From assembly GCA_965224195.1 (NCBI GenBank), contig OZ245040.1:1056001-1120000 (forward strand): a DNA stretch of 64,000 bases, given 5' to 3'. This stretch comes from Nitrosopumilus sp. (GTDB lineage Archaea > Thermoproteota > Nitrososphaeria > Nitrososphaerales > Nitrosopumilaceae). Below, piece by piece: positions 21,161 to 31,810 of this stretch (positions are counted from its first letter, which is position 1; each line of letters opens with the position of its first letter). The notes under the pieces were generated by a model. That model did not search any database. It saw only the letters and a program-made list of their open reading frames with translations, and was not told the origin of the DNA. The position numbers and the translations under genes were made by a program.

Positions 21161-23047
21161 ATGACTTTCAAATCCATTCTTGATGAAATTGAAAATAACT
21201 TGAATAAAATATTGTCTGATCTATCTATATCTGATGTAGAGTTCTCTGTAGAACCTGCAAAACCTGGATTTGGTGATGTCAGTTCTAATGTTTCATTTTT
21301 ACTTGCCAAATCTCTAAAAAAAAGCCCAAAAGAAATTGCGGAAATACTTTCTGAAAAATATTCTTCATGTACTAGTACACTTGTTTTAAAATCAGAACCA
21401 CATCCATCTGGATATCTTAATTTTATTGCAAACTGGAATAAACTTAATCAATTGATTCTATCTGAATCATACCTTGATACATGCGGTGATGTTGAACTTG
21501 GTAATGGTTCTAGCATTGTAGTGGAGCACACTAGTGTTAATCCAAACAAGGCACTACACATTGGGCATATTAGAAATATTATAGTTGGTGATACTGTATC
21601 GAGAATTTTGGAGAAAGCAGGTTACAAAGTAAATGTGCTAAATTATATTGATGATTCAGGATTACAGGTAGCCGATATCATAGTTGGATTCAAACACTTT
21701 GGATATGCAGAAGAGCCCCCAGATGGAAAAAAGTTTGATCATTACTGTGGTGATGATGTTTATGTTAAAACTACTGAAAAATATGAGGCCGATTCTAGTT
21801 TAGAGGAAATTAGAAAAAATGTTCTCAAGGAACTTGAAGATGGGACTTCTGAAACTGCACAGTTTGGTGATAAAATAACTCGACGAGTATTGGCAGGACA
21901 ACTAGAAACTTGTTGGAATTTTGGAGTAACTTACGATTGTCTAAACTTTGAATCACAAATTATTCGCTCAGGGTTGTGGCGTGGAATATTTGAAAAACTC
22001 AAAGAAATGAAATTAGTTGAATTTGAAAATGATGGAAAGAATGCTGGGTGCTGGGTTATTCGTGGTGATGGTAAAGAAGAAGACAAAGTGATAGTTCGTA
22101 GTAATGAGACTGCCACATACATTGCAAAAGACATTCCGTATGCTGCTTGGAAACTTGGGTTACTAGAGGATCCCTTTAACTATGAAAAATATGAAAAAGA
22201 ACAAACATCCTCTCGAGTTTTGTGGCAAACTACTTTAAAAGAAACTGATAAAATTTCTAAAGATTTTACAGGTGAAAAAGTTGTTACTGTAATTGACTCA
22301 CGTCAGGCTAATTTACAAAAAATTATCACAACTCTGATGGATAAATTCAAGTCTGTACCAGATGCATATAATCATCTGGGATATGAGTCTGTGACTCTGA
22401 GTTCTGACACTGCAAAAACTTTGGGACTTGAAACTGATGGCAAACAAGCTCAAATGTCTGGTAGAAAAGGACTGTATGTTTCAGCTGATTCAGTATATGG
22501 TATTCTTAAAGATAAAACAAAAGAAGAAACTAAAAAAAGGCATCCTGAAATGGATGATTCTGAAATTGAAACAATTGCACATTCAGTATCTGTTGGTACC
22601 ATTCGATATGAGATGATTAAACAAGATTTGGATAAAATAATTACATTTGATTTAACAAAGTCTCTTAGCTTGGAAGGGGATACATCACCATACATCCAAT
22701 ACACTCATGCAAGGGCATCAAGAATCTTGGAAAAATCTGGTCGCATTCCAACTATTGATGTTGATTTCACTTTATTGAAGGAAAAATCTGAACTTGATTT
22801 AATTAAAAATATTGGTCTCTTCAATCTACACGTTCGAGATGCTGCAAATAACCTATCTCCCAAAGTAATTGCAAGATATTGTTACGATTTGGCAGTTTCA
22901 TTCAATTCATTTTATGAAAAATCCAAAGTCCTTGAATTGGGAAATGTGGAATTGGAGAATTCTCGTCTATGTTTGGTAAATTCATTTAAAATTGTTTTAG
23001 AAAAGGCTCTGGATCTTTTAGGAATTCAATCTCCTGATAGAATGTAA
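21161..23047 (+). CDS. argS: Arginine-tRNA ligase
   Basis: EHTSVNPNKALHIGH, MSGRKG, YIQYTHAR. Confidence 0.95.
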   Translation: MTFKSILDEIENNLNKILSDLSISDVEFSVEPAKPGFGDVSSNVSFLLAKSLKKSPKEIAEILSEKYSSCTSTLVLKSEPHPSGYLNFIANWNKLNQLILSESYLDTCGDVELGNGSSIVVEHTSVNPNKALHIGHIRNIIVGDTVSRILEKAGYKVNVLNYIDDSGLQVADIIVGFKHFGYAEEPPDGKKFDHYCGDDVYVKTTEKYEADSSLEEIRKNVLKELEDGTSETAQFGDKITRRVLAGQLETCWNFGVTYDCLNFESQIIRSGLWRGIFEKLKEMKLVEFENDGKNAGCWVIRGDGKEEDKVIVRSNETATYIAKDIPYAAWKLGLLEDPFNYEKYEKEQTSSRVLWQTTLKETDKISKDFTGEKVVTVIDSRQANLQKIITTLMDKFKSVPDAYNHLGYESVTLSSDTAKTLGLETDGKQAQMSGRKGLYVSADSVYGILKDKTKEETKKRHPEMDDSEIETIAHSVSVGTIRYEMIKQDLDKIITFDLTKSLSLEGDTSPYIQYTHARASRILEKSGRIPTIDVDFTLLKEKSELDLIKNIGLFNLHVRDAANNLSPKVIARYCYDLAVSFNSFYEKSKVLELGNVELENSRLCLVNSFKIVLEKALDLLGIQSPDRM

Positions 23048-23107
23048 TGTCCTAGGAAGAAAACTAGTCTCTCCCTAGGGACATCCTACTGAGCCGAAGC
23101 CCTATAG
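23047..23107 (-). ncRNA. Candidate structured RNA or terminator (two hairpins)
   Basis: Minus strand ctatagggc-TTCG-gctcagtag has a C(UUCG)G tetraloop; adjacent ATGTCC/TAGG hairpin. Confidence 0.35.
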
Positions 23108-23277
23108 AATATCTTGGCGTGCAAACCAATTATTGACTGTGATTTGTTTTAAATCAATAAACTTTACTTTACAAAAATTATTTGAGAATTGAATTGTTAT
23201 GTAAAATATCTGTTAATACACAAATTTTATTATTTTAAAAAAATCATTTAGTTTTTACAATACTGTATTGGTTGGTT

Positions 23278-23398
23278 GTTGCGTGATTCCAAAAATCGCG
23301 ATTACCAAATCGGGTAGTCGAAACGCAATTATGAAGAATGGATTCTCTCCAATCTTCATGAGATTGGAAGAGCCTCTTCAGTTCTTTCAATCTCGCTT
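23278..23398 (+). ncRNA. Candidate structured RNA (three-way junction plus long hairpin)
   Basis: gttgcgt/acgcaat encloses gtgatt/aatcgc and cgattacc/ggtagtcg; then ccaatct-tcatg-agattgg. G-U pairs favour the + strand. Confidence 0.35.
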
Positions 23399-23566
23399 TT
23401 GATAAATTTAAAAATATTTTGAATTCTTGAACAAATTTCTTACTTTCATAAAATATATGATTTTAAATACGTATACTTGATTTATTATCATCTTGTTATT
23501 TCTTTATCAAACAGACACTTGTTAATTTCATAATCTATAAAAATTAGAGATGGGCATGGGAACAAA

Positions 23567-24160
23567 ATGACATCTCTGATTGTAGTTGATGATAATGAAG
23601 ATATTGTATATTCAATGTCTGAACTTTTAAAAATTTATGGAATTAATGTAGTTGGCAAAGGTTACAATGGATTGGAAGGTGTAGAACTATACAACGATCT
23701 TCATCCTGATGTAGTTTTACTTGATTTGATGATGCCAGAACATGATGGATTATACGCATTAAAAGAAATTAGAAAAATTAATCCAAAAAGTATCATACTA
23801 ATTGTCACTGGAGGGGGATCCCCATCAATGAATGATGAGGTAGAAACTTTGCAGCCTAACAAAATCATCTACAAACCAATTGATGTAAATACTTTGATTG
23901 AAACAATTATGGAGGAAACAAACACCACAATGCCATTTAAAATCCAATATTCATTCAAAGATGATCCAAAATCATACACTTGTGTAATGACTCATGATCA
24001 ATACAAAAATCTCAAAGAATTACCTATACTGCAAGAATGTAAAATTGTAAAAAATGATGCGGAAAACATTGAAGCATACAAACAAGAAATGCAAAAGGCG
24101 TTAAACTTGGCAGCCAAAAATGACCTGACTCATATTCAAAAATTATCTCGACTAGCTTGA
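23567..24160 (+). CDS. Response regulator receiver protein
   Basis: VVDD, PDVVLLDLMMP, DG, KP motifs. Confidence 0.9.
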   Translation: MTSLIVVDDNEDIVYSMSELLKIYGINVVGKGYNGLEGVELYNDLHPDVVLLDLMMPEHDGLYALKEIRKINPKSIILIVTGGGSPSMNDEVETLQPNKIIYKPIDVNTLIETIMEETNTTMPFKIQYSFKDDPKSYTCVMTHDQYKNLKELPILQECKIVKNDAENIEAYKQEMQKALNLAAKNDLTHIQKLSRLA

Positions 24161-24161
24161 T

Positions 24162-24461
24162 CTATTTTCTTGGTCTTCGTTTAGGGTTCTTTTCATAGTA
24201 TTTCTCAACATTGTCATTCCATTCTTTGGTTTCTGCAAGACGAGAACTGGCATGTGGTCTTTTACCGTTGTTTGAGAGTACTGTGCTGTTGTTTTCATAG
24301 AATTTATCTGTCTCATTAATCAGAATATCTAGAAATTCTGATGCCCCTTTGGCTTCTTCACTTTTGGGGTCTCTGTGAGTTAGAATGGACTTTGCAAGTG
24401 TCTCAATTTTTGCTATTTTGATTCTGTATTCACTTAATACTCTGTGATCAAAGGAAATCAT
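24162..24461 (-). CDS. Hypothetical protein
   Basis: 99-aa ATG ORF. Confidence 0.7.
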   Translation of the reverse strand: MISFDHRVLSEYRIKIAKIETLAKSILTHRDPKSEEAKGASEFLDILINETDKFYENNSTVLSNNGKRPHASSRLAETKEWNDNVEKYYEKNPKRRPRK

Positions 24462-24506
24462 TTCATTTTTGCTCCATTTTACTAGTGTATGTTCATTTCG
24501 GTCTTC

Positions 24507-25040
24507 TTATCCGTACATTGATTTGTCAATTGTTGCATCTGCAGTGTTGTTTTGAGCTGAAAATCCACTAAAATTAGAGCGAAGTATTTTTTGAACATGT
24601 CCTGACACTCTTGCTACATTGTCCCATGTATTGTGAAATGAAATTCTATCTAATGACTGCTCATCTACATGGGAAAAAATTGCCAATCCTGCGATATTTT
24701 CTCCATCTTTAATCCATTGATGACCTACTCCACATGTCGTACAGATCTCACTAATCTCCATTATTGCTTTAGAGAATGATTGATTTTTCATTACTAATAA
24801 TTTTGAATCTTGGGGTGGGAATCGCATATTCACATTAACATGAACTCTATCTTCACGATTTGTATTTTTACTAACAATGACATTACTCCCTACATGAAAC
24901 TGCCAATCAATTATTTTGCTTTTTTCTTTAATTTTTTCAGTTTGATCTTCATATTTGATATTTGTAACTTTGATGAATTCTTCAACTAACTCTTTCATTT
25001 CTTGAGGTGTTTTTGCCATGAGTCTGTTTATTCCTTGCAT
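24507..25040 (-). CDS. Hypothetical protein
   Basis: 177-aa ORF; start may be MAKTP. Confidence 0.7.
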   Translation of the reverse strand: MQGINRLMAKTPQEMKELVEEFIKVTNIKYEDQTEKIKEKSKIIDWQFHVGSNVIVSKNTNREDRVHVNVNMRFPPQDSKLLVMKNQSFSKAIMEISEICTTCGVGHQWIKDGENIAGLAIFSHVDEQSLDRISFHNTWDNVARVSGHVQKILRSNFSGFSAQNNTADATIDKSMYG

Positions 25041-25068
25041 GATATATCCATGTTATAGAAAAAAAGAA

Positions 25069-25206
25069 TTAATGGCTGTGTCCACAACCACAAGAGTCAT
25101 GTCCGCCATGACCTTCTGATTCTTTACCTGCACATTTGGAACATTTCTCTGCTCCTGTTGGGGAGAAGAAACCAATTCCACATGATATACATTTTTGATT
25201 TGACAT
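25069..25206 (-). CDS. 45-aa Cys/His-rich microprotein (absent from the ORF track)
   Basis: MSNQKCISCGIGFFSPTGAEKCSKCAGKESEGHGGHDSCGCGHSH; two CxxC plus His/Cys tail. Confidence 0.75.
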   Translation of the reverse strand: MSNQKCISCGIGFFSPTGAEKCSKCAGKESEGHGGHDSCGCGHSH

Positions 25207-25295
25207 AATGAGAGTAAAAAATTGCCGTATTTAATTAATACGCATTATTTAGGCTGGGGATGAAAATAATAAAGTTCAGAATAATTTAGTAATTA

Positions 25296-25613
25296 TTAGG
25301 TTTTTTGAAATACTCTGTATTCTCCGATAATAGAGTTACACTTGTGACAAGTATATTGCCCTCTTTCTATCAAAGTTAATCCATCTGTAACTGCTTCGTT
25401 TGGCTGTTCTTCAATTTGTATTTGAGTAGGACCCTCAAACTCTGAATTACATTGTTTGCAAAAATATTTTGACATTTTTGCAGTATCTAGTTTTTCAAGT
25501 GATGCCAAAAAATGCTTATCTATATTTGGAACAAGTTTTGATTTTGTTACTTGCTCATCAGTAAGATCTGCATTAATCCATCCACCTGATCCGGCTAGTT
25601 GAATTTCTGTCAA
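25296..25613 (-). CDS. Zinc-ribbon hypothetical protein
   Basis: CKQC and CHKC. Confidence 0.75.
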   Translation of the reverse strand: MTEIQLAGSGGWINADLTDEQVTKSKLVPNIDKHFLASLEKLDTAKMSKYFCKQCNSEFEGPTQIQIEEQPNEAVTDGLTLIERGQYTCHKCNSIIGEYRVFQKT

Positions 25614-26054
25614 TATAATATCATACCTTGGTTGGTTTTAAAATACTGTTTGAACTAGAGATGTTTTATTCCTACCCTGGAAAAAAAGTCAGTTTCCTTT
25701 ACTATGGAGATTCTGAAATGTATTAACTAGTTTATGTGAGCAATGGGCTCTTCCAGCTAACACCGCGAGATGTCTCTGACTCATTGAATCTCTTACGTCT
25801 ATGTTTTTGTTAAAAAACCAGAATCAAAAATAATTACTTTTAGGTTAAATTTCTAAACGTCCGATCAAAAAAACCATGCGTAGTTGTTTTAGAATTTCTT
25901 TATTCTCATTATACAAAAAATATCTTCATTATTCGGCAATATTCATCAAATTTGAGGAAATCAGATAGAACCCGTTGTAATAATCATCAGCACTTGACTC
26001 TAATTTTTGAGGTAAATAACACTTTGAATTATGCTGTTATGATACTTTTTTCAT

Positions 26055-26282
26055 CTAGTTCATTACTCCATTATTATCTTTAGAGTCTGATTCTACTATT
26101 GCTTTGATTTGAGATGTATCCTCACAGTTTTTTCTAAATCCAATATTATGTTGTAAAATTTTGACCATACCGTATCGTTTGTAACTGCTAGTTGATTCAT
26201 CATATTCTTTGTCATGTTTTGTTAAAATCACCGCCTTTACTTTTTTCTTGCATGTTTTACAATAAACAGAAATCTCATTCAT
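26055..26282 (-). CDS. Small hypothetical protein
   Basis: 75-aa ATG ORF with CKTC. Confidence 0.65.
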   Translation of the reverse strand: MNEISVYCKTCKKKVKAVILTKHDKEYDESTSSYKRYGMVKILQHNIGFRKNCEDTSQIKAIVESDSKDNNGVMN

Positions 26283-26325
26283 AACTTTTCTGAATTATTT
26301 GTAAACTTAAGGTTATTGGAATGGT

Positions 26326-26523
26326 TTACTCTATACCCTTCTCTAACTTTATTTTCCTAATAACTTCTTGAACCAATTCTTCATCTTTTATAACTAATTC
26401 TTGCAGTTTCTCCTTGTATTCTTTATCGCCCCATTTATCTTGACTAAACATTTCTTTGACTAAATTCACAATTTTAGATTTATTTCTCTGATGATCACGT
26501 TTGGTAATTTCGGCATCTTCCAT
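26326..26523 (-). CDS. Small hypothetical protein
   Basis: Likely start MEDAEI; charged helical sequence. Confidence 0.55.
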   Translation of the reverse strand: MEDAEITKRDHQRNKSKIVNLVKEMFSQDKWGDKEYKEKLQELVIKDEELVQEVIRKIKLEKGIE

Positions 26524-26582
26524 GACTTGTATCAAATAATTATGAATTTTAAGCGTATTGATTTTTTTAGTAGAACTGTAAA

Positions 26583-26783
26583 ATGACATCATTGAATTTC
26601 AACTGTATCTTTGTCTCTTGTAATTTCAAACGAAATAATATTGATGAGGCAGAATTTTTAAAACATTTGAGTGAGGAACATCATGATGAAATTCTGGAAA
26701 TTTCAAAAAAAGAGAATATTCCAATCAAAATGACAGAAATGATTGTGGTAACAAACTCTACAGTGTTCATTAATTCTGGATAA
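26583..26783 (+). CDS. Small hypothetical protein, C2H2-like
   Basis: CIFVSC...HLSEEH. Confidence 0.6.
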   Translation: MTSLNFNCIFVSCNFKRNNIDEAEFLKHLSEEHHDEILEISKKENIPIKMTEMIVVTNSTVFINSG

Positions 26784-27029
26784 TTGATACCAGGCTGAGT
26801 TTAGAATCTAATTACCTGCCTGTAACATAGACAATATACAATATTGACGAGGCAATAACTGAAATTCCAATAATTATTGCTAGTTCTTTTGTTGAAAACA
26901 CACTTGTTCTAACACTCACAAATTCTCTATGAGAATTCTAAACTTAAGCTTATTGATAGTGTATTCACTATGGGTAAAAAAATCAAGATCGACCAGTAGA
27001 TTCTTATCTAAAATTTTGAGGAAAAATAT

Positions 27030-27953
27030 ATGGTTATAATTAAGAATAATTCTCCTGTGTTATTCTTCTATAACAATTCAAAAAAATGGTTAACTAAAAT
27101 TTCAAAAAAAGAATCCTTTCACACTCACATTGGTGTAATCAAACACTCTGATGCAATTGGCAAAGAATATGGTTCTAGATTGATGACAAACAAGGAAAAA
27201 TACGTCTATCTTTTGGAGCCGACAATGTATGATTATGTGATGAAAATCCAACATGGAACTCAAATCGTGTATCCTAAAGATATTGGATACATTATTGCAA
27301 GAGCTGGAATTGGCGATGGACAAAAAATCTTAGAGATTGGAACTGGTAGTGGTTCATTGACATCATTTGTAGCCAGTGTTGTAAAACCACGTGGACATGT
27401 GTATACATTTGATGTAGATGAAAACTTTATGAAAATTGCTGAGAAAAATATCAAAAAAGCCGGAGTTTCAAAGTATGTCACTCAACATAATTTTGATTTA
27501 AAAACTGCTAAAAAAATGCCTTTGGAGGAAATGGATATGGCAATAATTGATTTAGGTGATCCTTGGGTTGTAATTCCTCAAGTTAGAAAGATGTTGAAGG
27601 GCAGTGGAACTATGTTTGCGATTTGTCCTACAATGAACCAATTAGAAAAATTGACCATGGCTCTAGTTGAAAATGAATTTACTGATATTGAATCCACTGA
27701 ACATATTATCCGAACCATTGAAGCTAGAGAGGGAAAAACAAGACATTCCTTCCAAGGAATTGGTCATACTACCTATCTTTGCTTTGCAAGAAAGGCCTTT
27801 TTTGGTAAAAAAACTCGAAAATCTGGAGTAACTCTAAAAGTTTCAGAAACTTCAAAGAAAACCCCTTCAAAAACAGTTAAAAAAACTAGCACAAAAACCG
27901 CAAAAAAAGATAGTACAAAAACAACAAAAAAGACAACCAAAAAAACTGCCTAG
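27030..27953 (+). CDS. trmI: tRNA (adenine-N1)-methyltransferase with Lys/Thr-rich tail
   Basis: TQIVYPKD, EIGTGSG, DLGDPW, GHTTYL. Confidence 0.9.
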   Translation: MVIIKNNSPVLFFYNNSKKWLTKISKKESFHTHIGVIKHSDAIGKEYGSRLMTNKEKYVYLLEPTMYDYVMKIQHGTQIVYPKDIGYIIARAGIGDGQKILEIGTGSGSLTSFVASVVKPRGHVYTFDVDENFMKIAEKNIKKAGVSKYVTQHNFDLKTAKKMPLEEMDMAIIDLGDPWVVIPQVRKMLKGSGTMFAICPTMNQLEKLTMALVENEFTDIESTEHIIRTIEAREGKTRHSFQGIGHTTYLCFARKAFFGKKTRKSGVTLKVSETSKKTPSKTVKKTSTKTAKKDSTKTTKKTTKKTA

Positions 27954-28010
27954 TCGTTCCTTGATACTTTAAAACAAGATTTATTCATCTATTTTTTTAG
28001 AGTATGTGAT

Positions 28011-28874
28011 ATGGTAAGAAAGAATCTAACTACAGCAATGGTTAGGAAATTCATTCCCCCCCGAAAATCAAAATCTCGAAAAGGTGAGAATGGGATTGTT
28101 CTAGTTGTTGGTGGAAGTTACATTTACCATGGTGCACCAATCCTATCTTCACTTGCTGCATTGAAATGCGGTACTGATCTAGTTTACACATCTGTTCCAA
28201 AAGTCAACGTTACTCCAACTCGTGCAGTTTCTCCAAATTTGATTGTAATTCCTCTAGTTGATCAAAAACTGACATTAGGTGCAGCAAACAAATTGATTGG
28301 CGCTTTACCACGTAATTTATATTCAGCAACAATTGGAATGGGTCTTGCAATTCAAGAAAAAAACTCATTGTTACATTTTGTAAAATCTTTACTTGATAGA
28401 GATGTTAGATTATCCTTAGATGCCAGTGCGTTAATTCCTGATGTTTTACCATTATTAGCAAACAAGAATGTTGTAGTAACTCCACATGTAGGGGAATTCA
28501 AAAGATTGTTTGGGGATGTACCGCCAAACACAAAAAATGAACGAATTCGTCTTGTAGAGTCTAAAGCAAAAGAGTTTGGAATCACTGTCCTACTAAAAGG
28601 TGCAACTGATATTGTATCAAATGGTACTACTACCTATCTTAATGAGAAAAAAACTCCTGCGATGACAGTTGGTGGAACTGGTGACGTTTTATCGGGATTA
28701 GTAGCCGGATTATTATCAAATAATAGAAATTCTTTGGAATCTGCCGCCGCCGCAACATTCATCAACGGATTGGCAGGGAAAGCCGCCCAAAAACGATTAG
28801 GATTACACATGACCTCAATGGATCTTTTAGATGAAATTCCATCTGCAATGAAGCCTTTTGACAAAATAGTGTGA
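28011..28874 (+). CDS. nnrD: NAD(P)H-hydrate dehydratase
   Basis: VGGSYIYHGAP, TPHVGEF, GGTGDVLSG. Confidence 0.9.
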   Translation: MVRKNLTTAMVRKFIPPRKSKSRKGENGIVLVVGGSYIYHGAPILSSLAALKCGTDLVYTSVPKVNVTPTRAVSPNLIVIPLVDQKLTLGAANKLIGALPRNLYSATIGMGLAIQEKNSLLHFVKSLLDRDVRLSLDASALIPDVLPLLANKNVVVTPHVGEFKRLFGDVPPNTKNERIRLVESKAKEFGITVLLKGATDIVSNGTTTYLNEKKTPAMTVGGTGDVLSGLVAGLLSNNRNSLESAAAATFINGLAGKAAQKRLGLHMTSMDLLDEIPSAMKPFDKIV

Positions 28875-30232
28875 GTAAAATGATTCCAACAAAACATGTA
28901 GATTCTCACATGGATGAACTTGTTTCAGATTTACAAATGCTAATTCGTCAACCTAGTGTTTCTGCAAAAAATGAAGGAATTGAAAAATGTGCAACCTTGG
29001 TTAAAAAATTACTAAAAAAATCTGGAGTCAAATCCGAAATTTTACGGTTAAAGAAAGACGTTGCACCAATTGTATTTGGTGAGATAAAATCAAAACAAAA
29101 TCCTAAAAAAACTCTAATGTTTTACAACCATTATGATGTTCAACCTGCCGAACCCTTTGATTTGTGGGATGATCCTCCATTTAGTGGTACAAAGAAAGGA
29201 AACAAAATCTTTGGACGTGGTGCAACTGATGACAAAGGTGAATTAATCACTCGAATCAAAGCAGTCGATGCTTGTTTGAAAACAACAGGTGATGTACCTT
29301 GTAACATAAAATTTGTAATTGAAGGTGAAGAGGAAACTGGTAGTGCTCACATTGAAGAATATCTAAAAAAATACAAAAAGAAATTTTCATGCGATGGAGT
29401 GATATGGGAATTTGGATACGTTGATGCAAAAAATAGACCAATCATTGGATTGGGAATGAAAGGACTGCTCTTTGTTGAATTATCCGTAAAAGAATCAATT
29501 CGAGATGCACATTCAAGCTTGGCAGTATTAATTAAAAATCCTGCATGGCGATTAATTGAGGCTGTAAACACATTGAGAAACTCTAATGGTAAGGTCCTCA
29601 TCAAAGACTGGTACAAGGAAGTATCATCTTTTTCAAAAAATGATTTAAAACTGATTCAAAATGAACCATTTGATGAAAATGTATTCAAAAAAGAATTTGG
29701 AATAAATTCATTTGTAGGTAACAAGAAAGGAATGGATGCAAAAAAAGCTCTAGTTGGAGGGGCTACCTGTAACATTGCAGGGTTTGTTTCAGGATACACT
29801 GGAGATGGTGCAAAAACTGTTCTTCCTGGCAGTGCTCTTGTGAAAATAGATTTTAGATTAATTCCTAAAATGGATCCTAAAAAACAAGTTTTACGATTAA
29901 AAAACCACTTAAAATCAAAAGGATTCTCTGATGTTGGCATCAAAGTTTACCATGGCGAGGCAGCTGCTAGAACTGATTCTTCTCATCCTTTTGTATCCCA
30001 AGTAAAAAATGCTGCAGACAAGTCATTTGGTAAATCCATTCTCAATGTTTCAAATGCTGGTACTGGTCCAATGTATCCCTTTGTTGAAATTCTAAATGCT
30101 CCTTGCATATCTGTTGGAAGTACATACATGTTTTCACGAATTCATTCACCAAATGAATTTGCAAGAATTGATTTGTTAAAGAAAACTACAAAGTGCATGT
30201 GTGAGATAATGGGTAATTTTGGAAATTCTTAG
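28871..30232 (+). CDS. M20/M25/M40 metallo-hydrolase
   Basis: HYDVQP, GRGATDDKG, EGEEE, HSPNE. Confidence 0.92.
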   Translation: MSKMIPTKHVDSHMDELVSDLQMLIRQPSVSAKNEGIEKCATLVKKLLKKSGVKSEILRLKKDVAPIVFGEIKSKQNPKKTLMFYNHYDVQPAEPFDLWDDPPFSGTKKGNKIFGRGATDDKGELITRIKAVDACLKTTGDVPCNIKFVIEGEEETGSAHIEEYLKKYKKKFSCDGVIWEFGYVDAKNRPIIGLGMKGLLFVELSVKESIRDAHSSLAVLIKNPAWRLIEAVNTLRNSNGKVLIKDWYKEVSSFSKNDLKLIQNEPFDENVFKKEFGINSFVGNKKGMDAKKALVGGATCNIAGFVSGYTGDGAKTVLPGSALVKIDFRLIPKMDPKKQVLRLKNHLKSKGFSDVGIKVYHGEAAARTDSSHPFVSQVKNAADKSFGKSILNVSNAGTGPMYPFVEILNAPCISVGSTYMFSRIHSPNEFARIDLLKKTTKCMCEIMGNFGNS

Positions 30233-30234
30233 TA

Positions 30235-31300
30235 GATGAGTTGTGCAACTAGTCCAATTTGAGCATAATCTCAACATTTTCTAATCATAAGATCCAAAGC
30301 TAAGGCTGAATTATTTTCAATTCATGTTTAATTGCACAAAACTGGCAAAAAAACCAAAGCAATTCCTGTCAATAGCAGGACTAACCGTTCCACAGTTTGA
30401 TTCCCCATACAAAGAAACAAAGAAAAATTGCAAAACTGCAGAACAAAAGGGACTGTCCAAAAACAGAGAAAGAGACATTGGTGCAGGACACAAGTTTGAC
30501 TTGTCCTTCAAAGACAGAATTCTAATGTTTTTCATGTACTACAGAATGTACACAACATATGACATGCCAGGGATGACATTTGATTTGGACAGACCAAACG
30601 TAATGAGAAACATCGGATGTTTGGAGCCTGCAGTGAAGCAGTCCATATAATTGCTGCCAAAAAATATGCAGACTCAAAAAAGATTAACGGCATGCAGGAA
30701 CTGCAGGAATTCTTTCCGGAATTAGTTGCAATCACTGATGGCACAGAACAGCCCATCCCAAGACCAAAAAACAAAAAGAAAAGAAAGGCACGCCATTCAG
30801 GCAAAAAGAAAAAGCATGCAGTACAAAATCAAGTCGCCATAAATCCTGATGGGATAACAGTCCACAAATCTGCACATTCGCCTGGCAGCCATCATGATTA
30901 CGGAATTTACAAATCAAGGCATCCAACATTGTCTGAAGGGTTGCTGCAGTCTTATGATCCTGGATATTTGGGGATGGAAAAGGACTTTCCAGAACAGGCA
31001 AGTGTTTTGCCATGCAAAAAAAAGAAAGGAAAAAAATTGACTGTTGCTCAAAAGGAGTGGAACAAGATGCAGTCAAAAATTAGAATAAAAGTTGGACGTG
31101 TCATTGCACAAATCAGGCAATTTCGGATAAATCGCGATGTGTTTAGAAACAAATTATGCAGATATGATGTGATAAGTGAAGTTGTTTGCGGGACTGTCAG
31201 TTTCAAGATTAAATGGAAAGAAGAATTCATTGCAATTCCATAAAATTAAGAATTAAATGACAGAAAAGTTAGATTTTTGCTTGTAATTGCGCAACTCATC
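30235..31300 (+). mobile_element. IS5-family (ISL2-like) insertion sequence with frameshifted transposase
   Basis: TIRs gatgagttgtgcaa / ttgcgcaactcatc flanked by TA on both sides; split ORFs 30324-30650 and 30617-31243 with DGTEQPIPRP and HD motifs. Confidence 0.85.
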
Positions 31301-31716
31301 TAGTGTAGGCATCTAGGTATTTTTTTGATAACTTGAGCAAGTGATATTCTACCTGGTCCCACTATCATGATTACAAGTGCTACTGCAAGTAAAATCAAAT
31401 CCAATTCTATTCCTTCTTTTCCTGTGATGCTTGATGCTCCTTTGACCATGAAAATTGCGCCAAGCATAATAATGGAAATCAATGCTGCAGATAATCTGCT
31501 TAGAACTCCAATAATTAGTAAAATTCCTGGAACTAGTTCTGCTAATGCAATTGGAATTTGTAATTCTGCAGGCAATCCCATGTTTGGCAAATTCTCTGCA
31601 AATCCTGAACTGAATTTTGAGATTCCATGAAGAATAAAGATCACACCAATTGCAGATCTTAAACCCATGAACACTACATCATTTAGAATCTTCTCTCGAA
31701 TTTCAGCAGAGGTCAT
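31300..31716 (-). CDS. DoxX-family membrane protein
   Basis: Start MTSAEIREK; FILHGISKF, AELVPG, GPGRISL. Confidence 0.85.
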   Translation of the reverse strand: MTSAEIREKILNDVVFMGLRSAIGVIFILHGISKFSSGFAENLPNMGLPAELQIPIALAELVPGILLIIGVLSRLSAALISIIMLGAIFMVKGASSITGKEGIELDLILLAVALVIMIVGPGRISLAQVIKKIPRCLH

Positions 31717-31810
31717 GAGATTACCTTGAATTTTCAGTATAATTATTTTGCCCACAAATTGTACGTCAAATGTAGAAAGCCCTTTATTATGCGGCAAAAT
31801 TATTTGAAAT

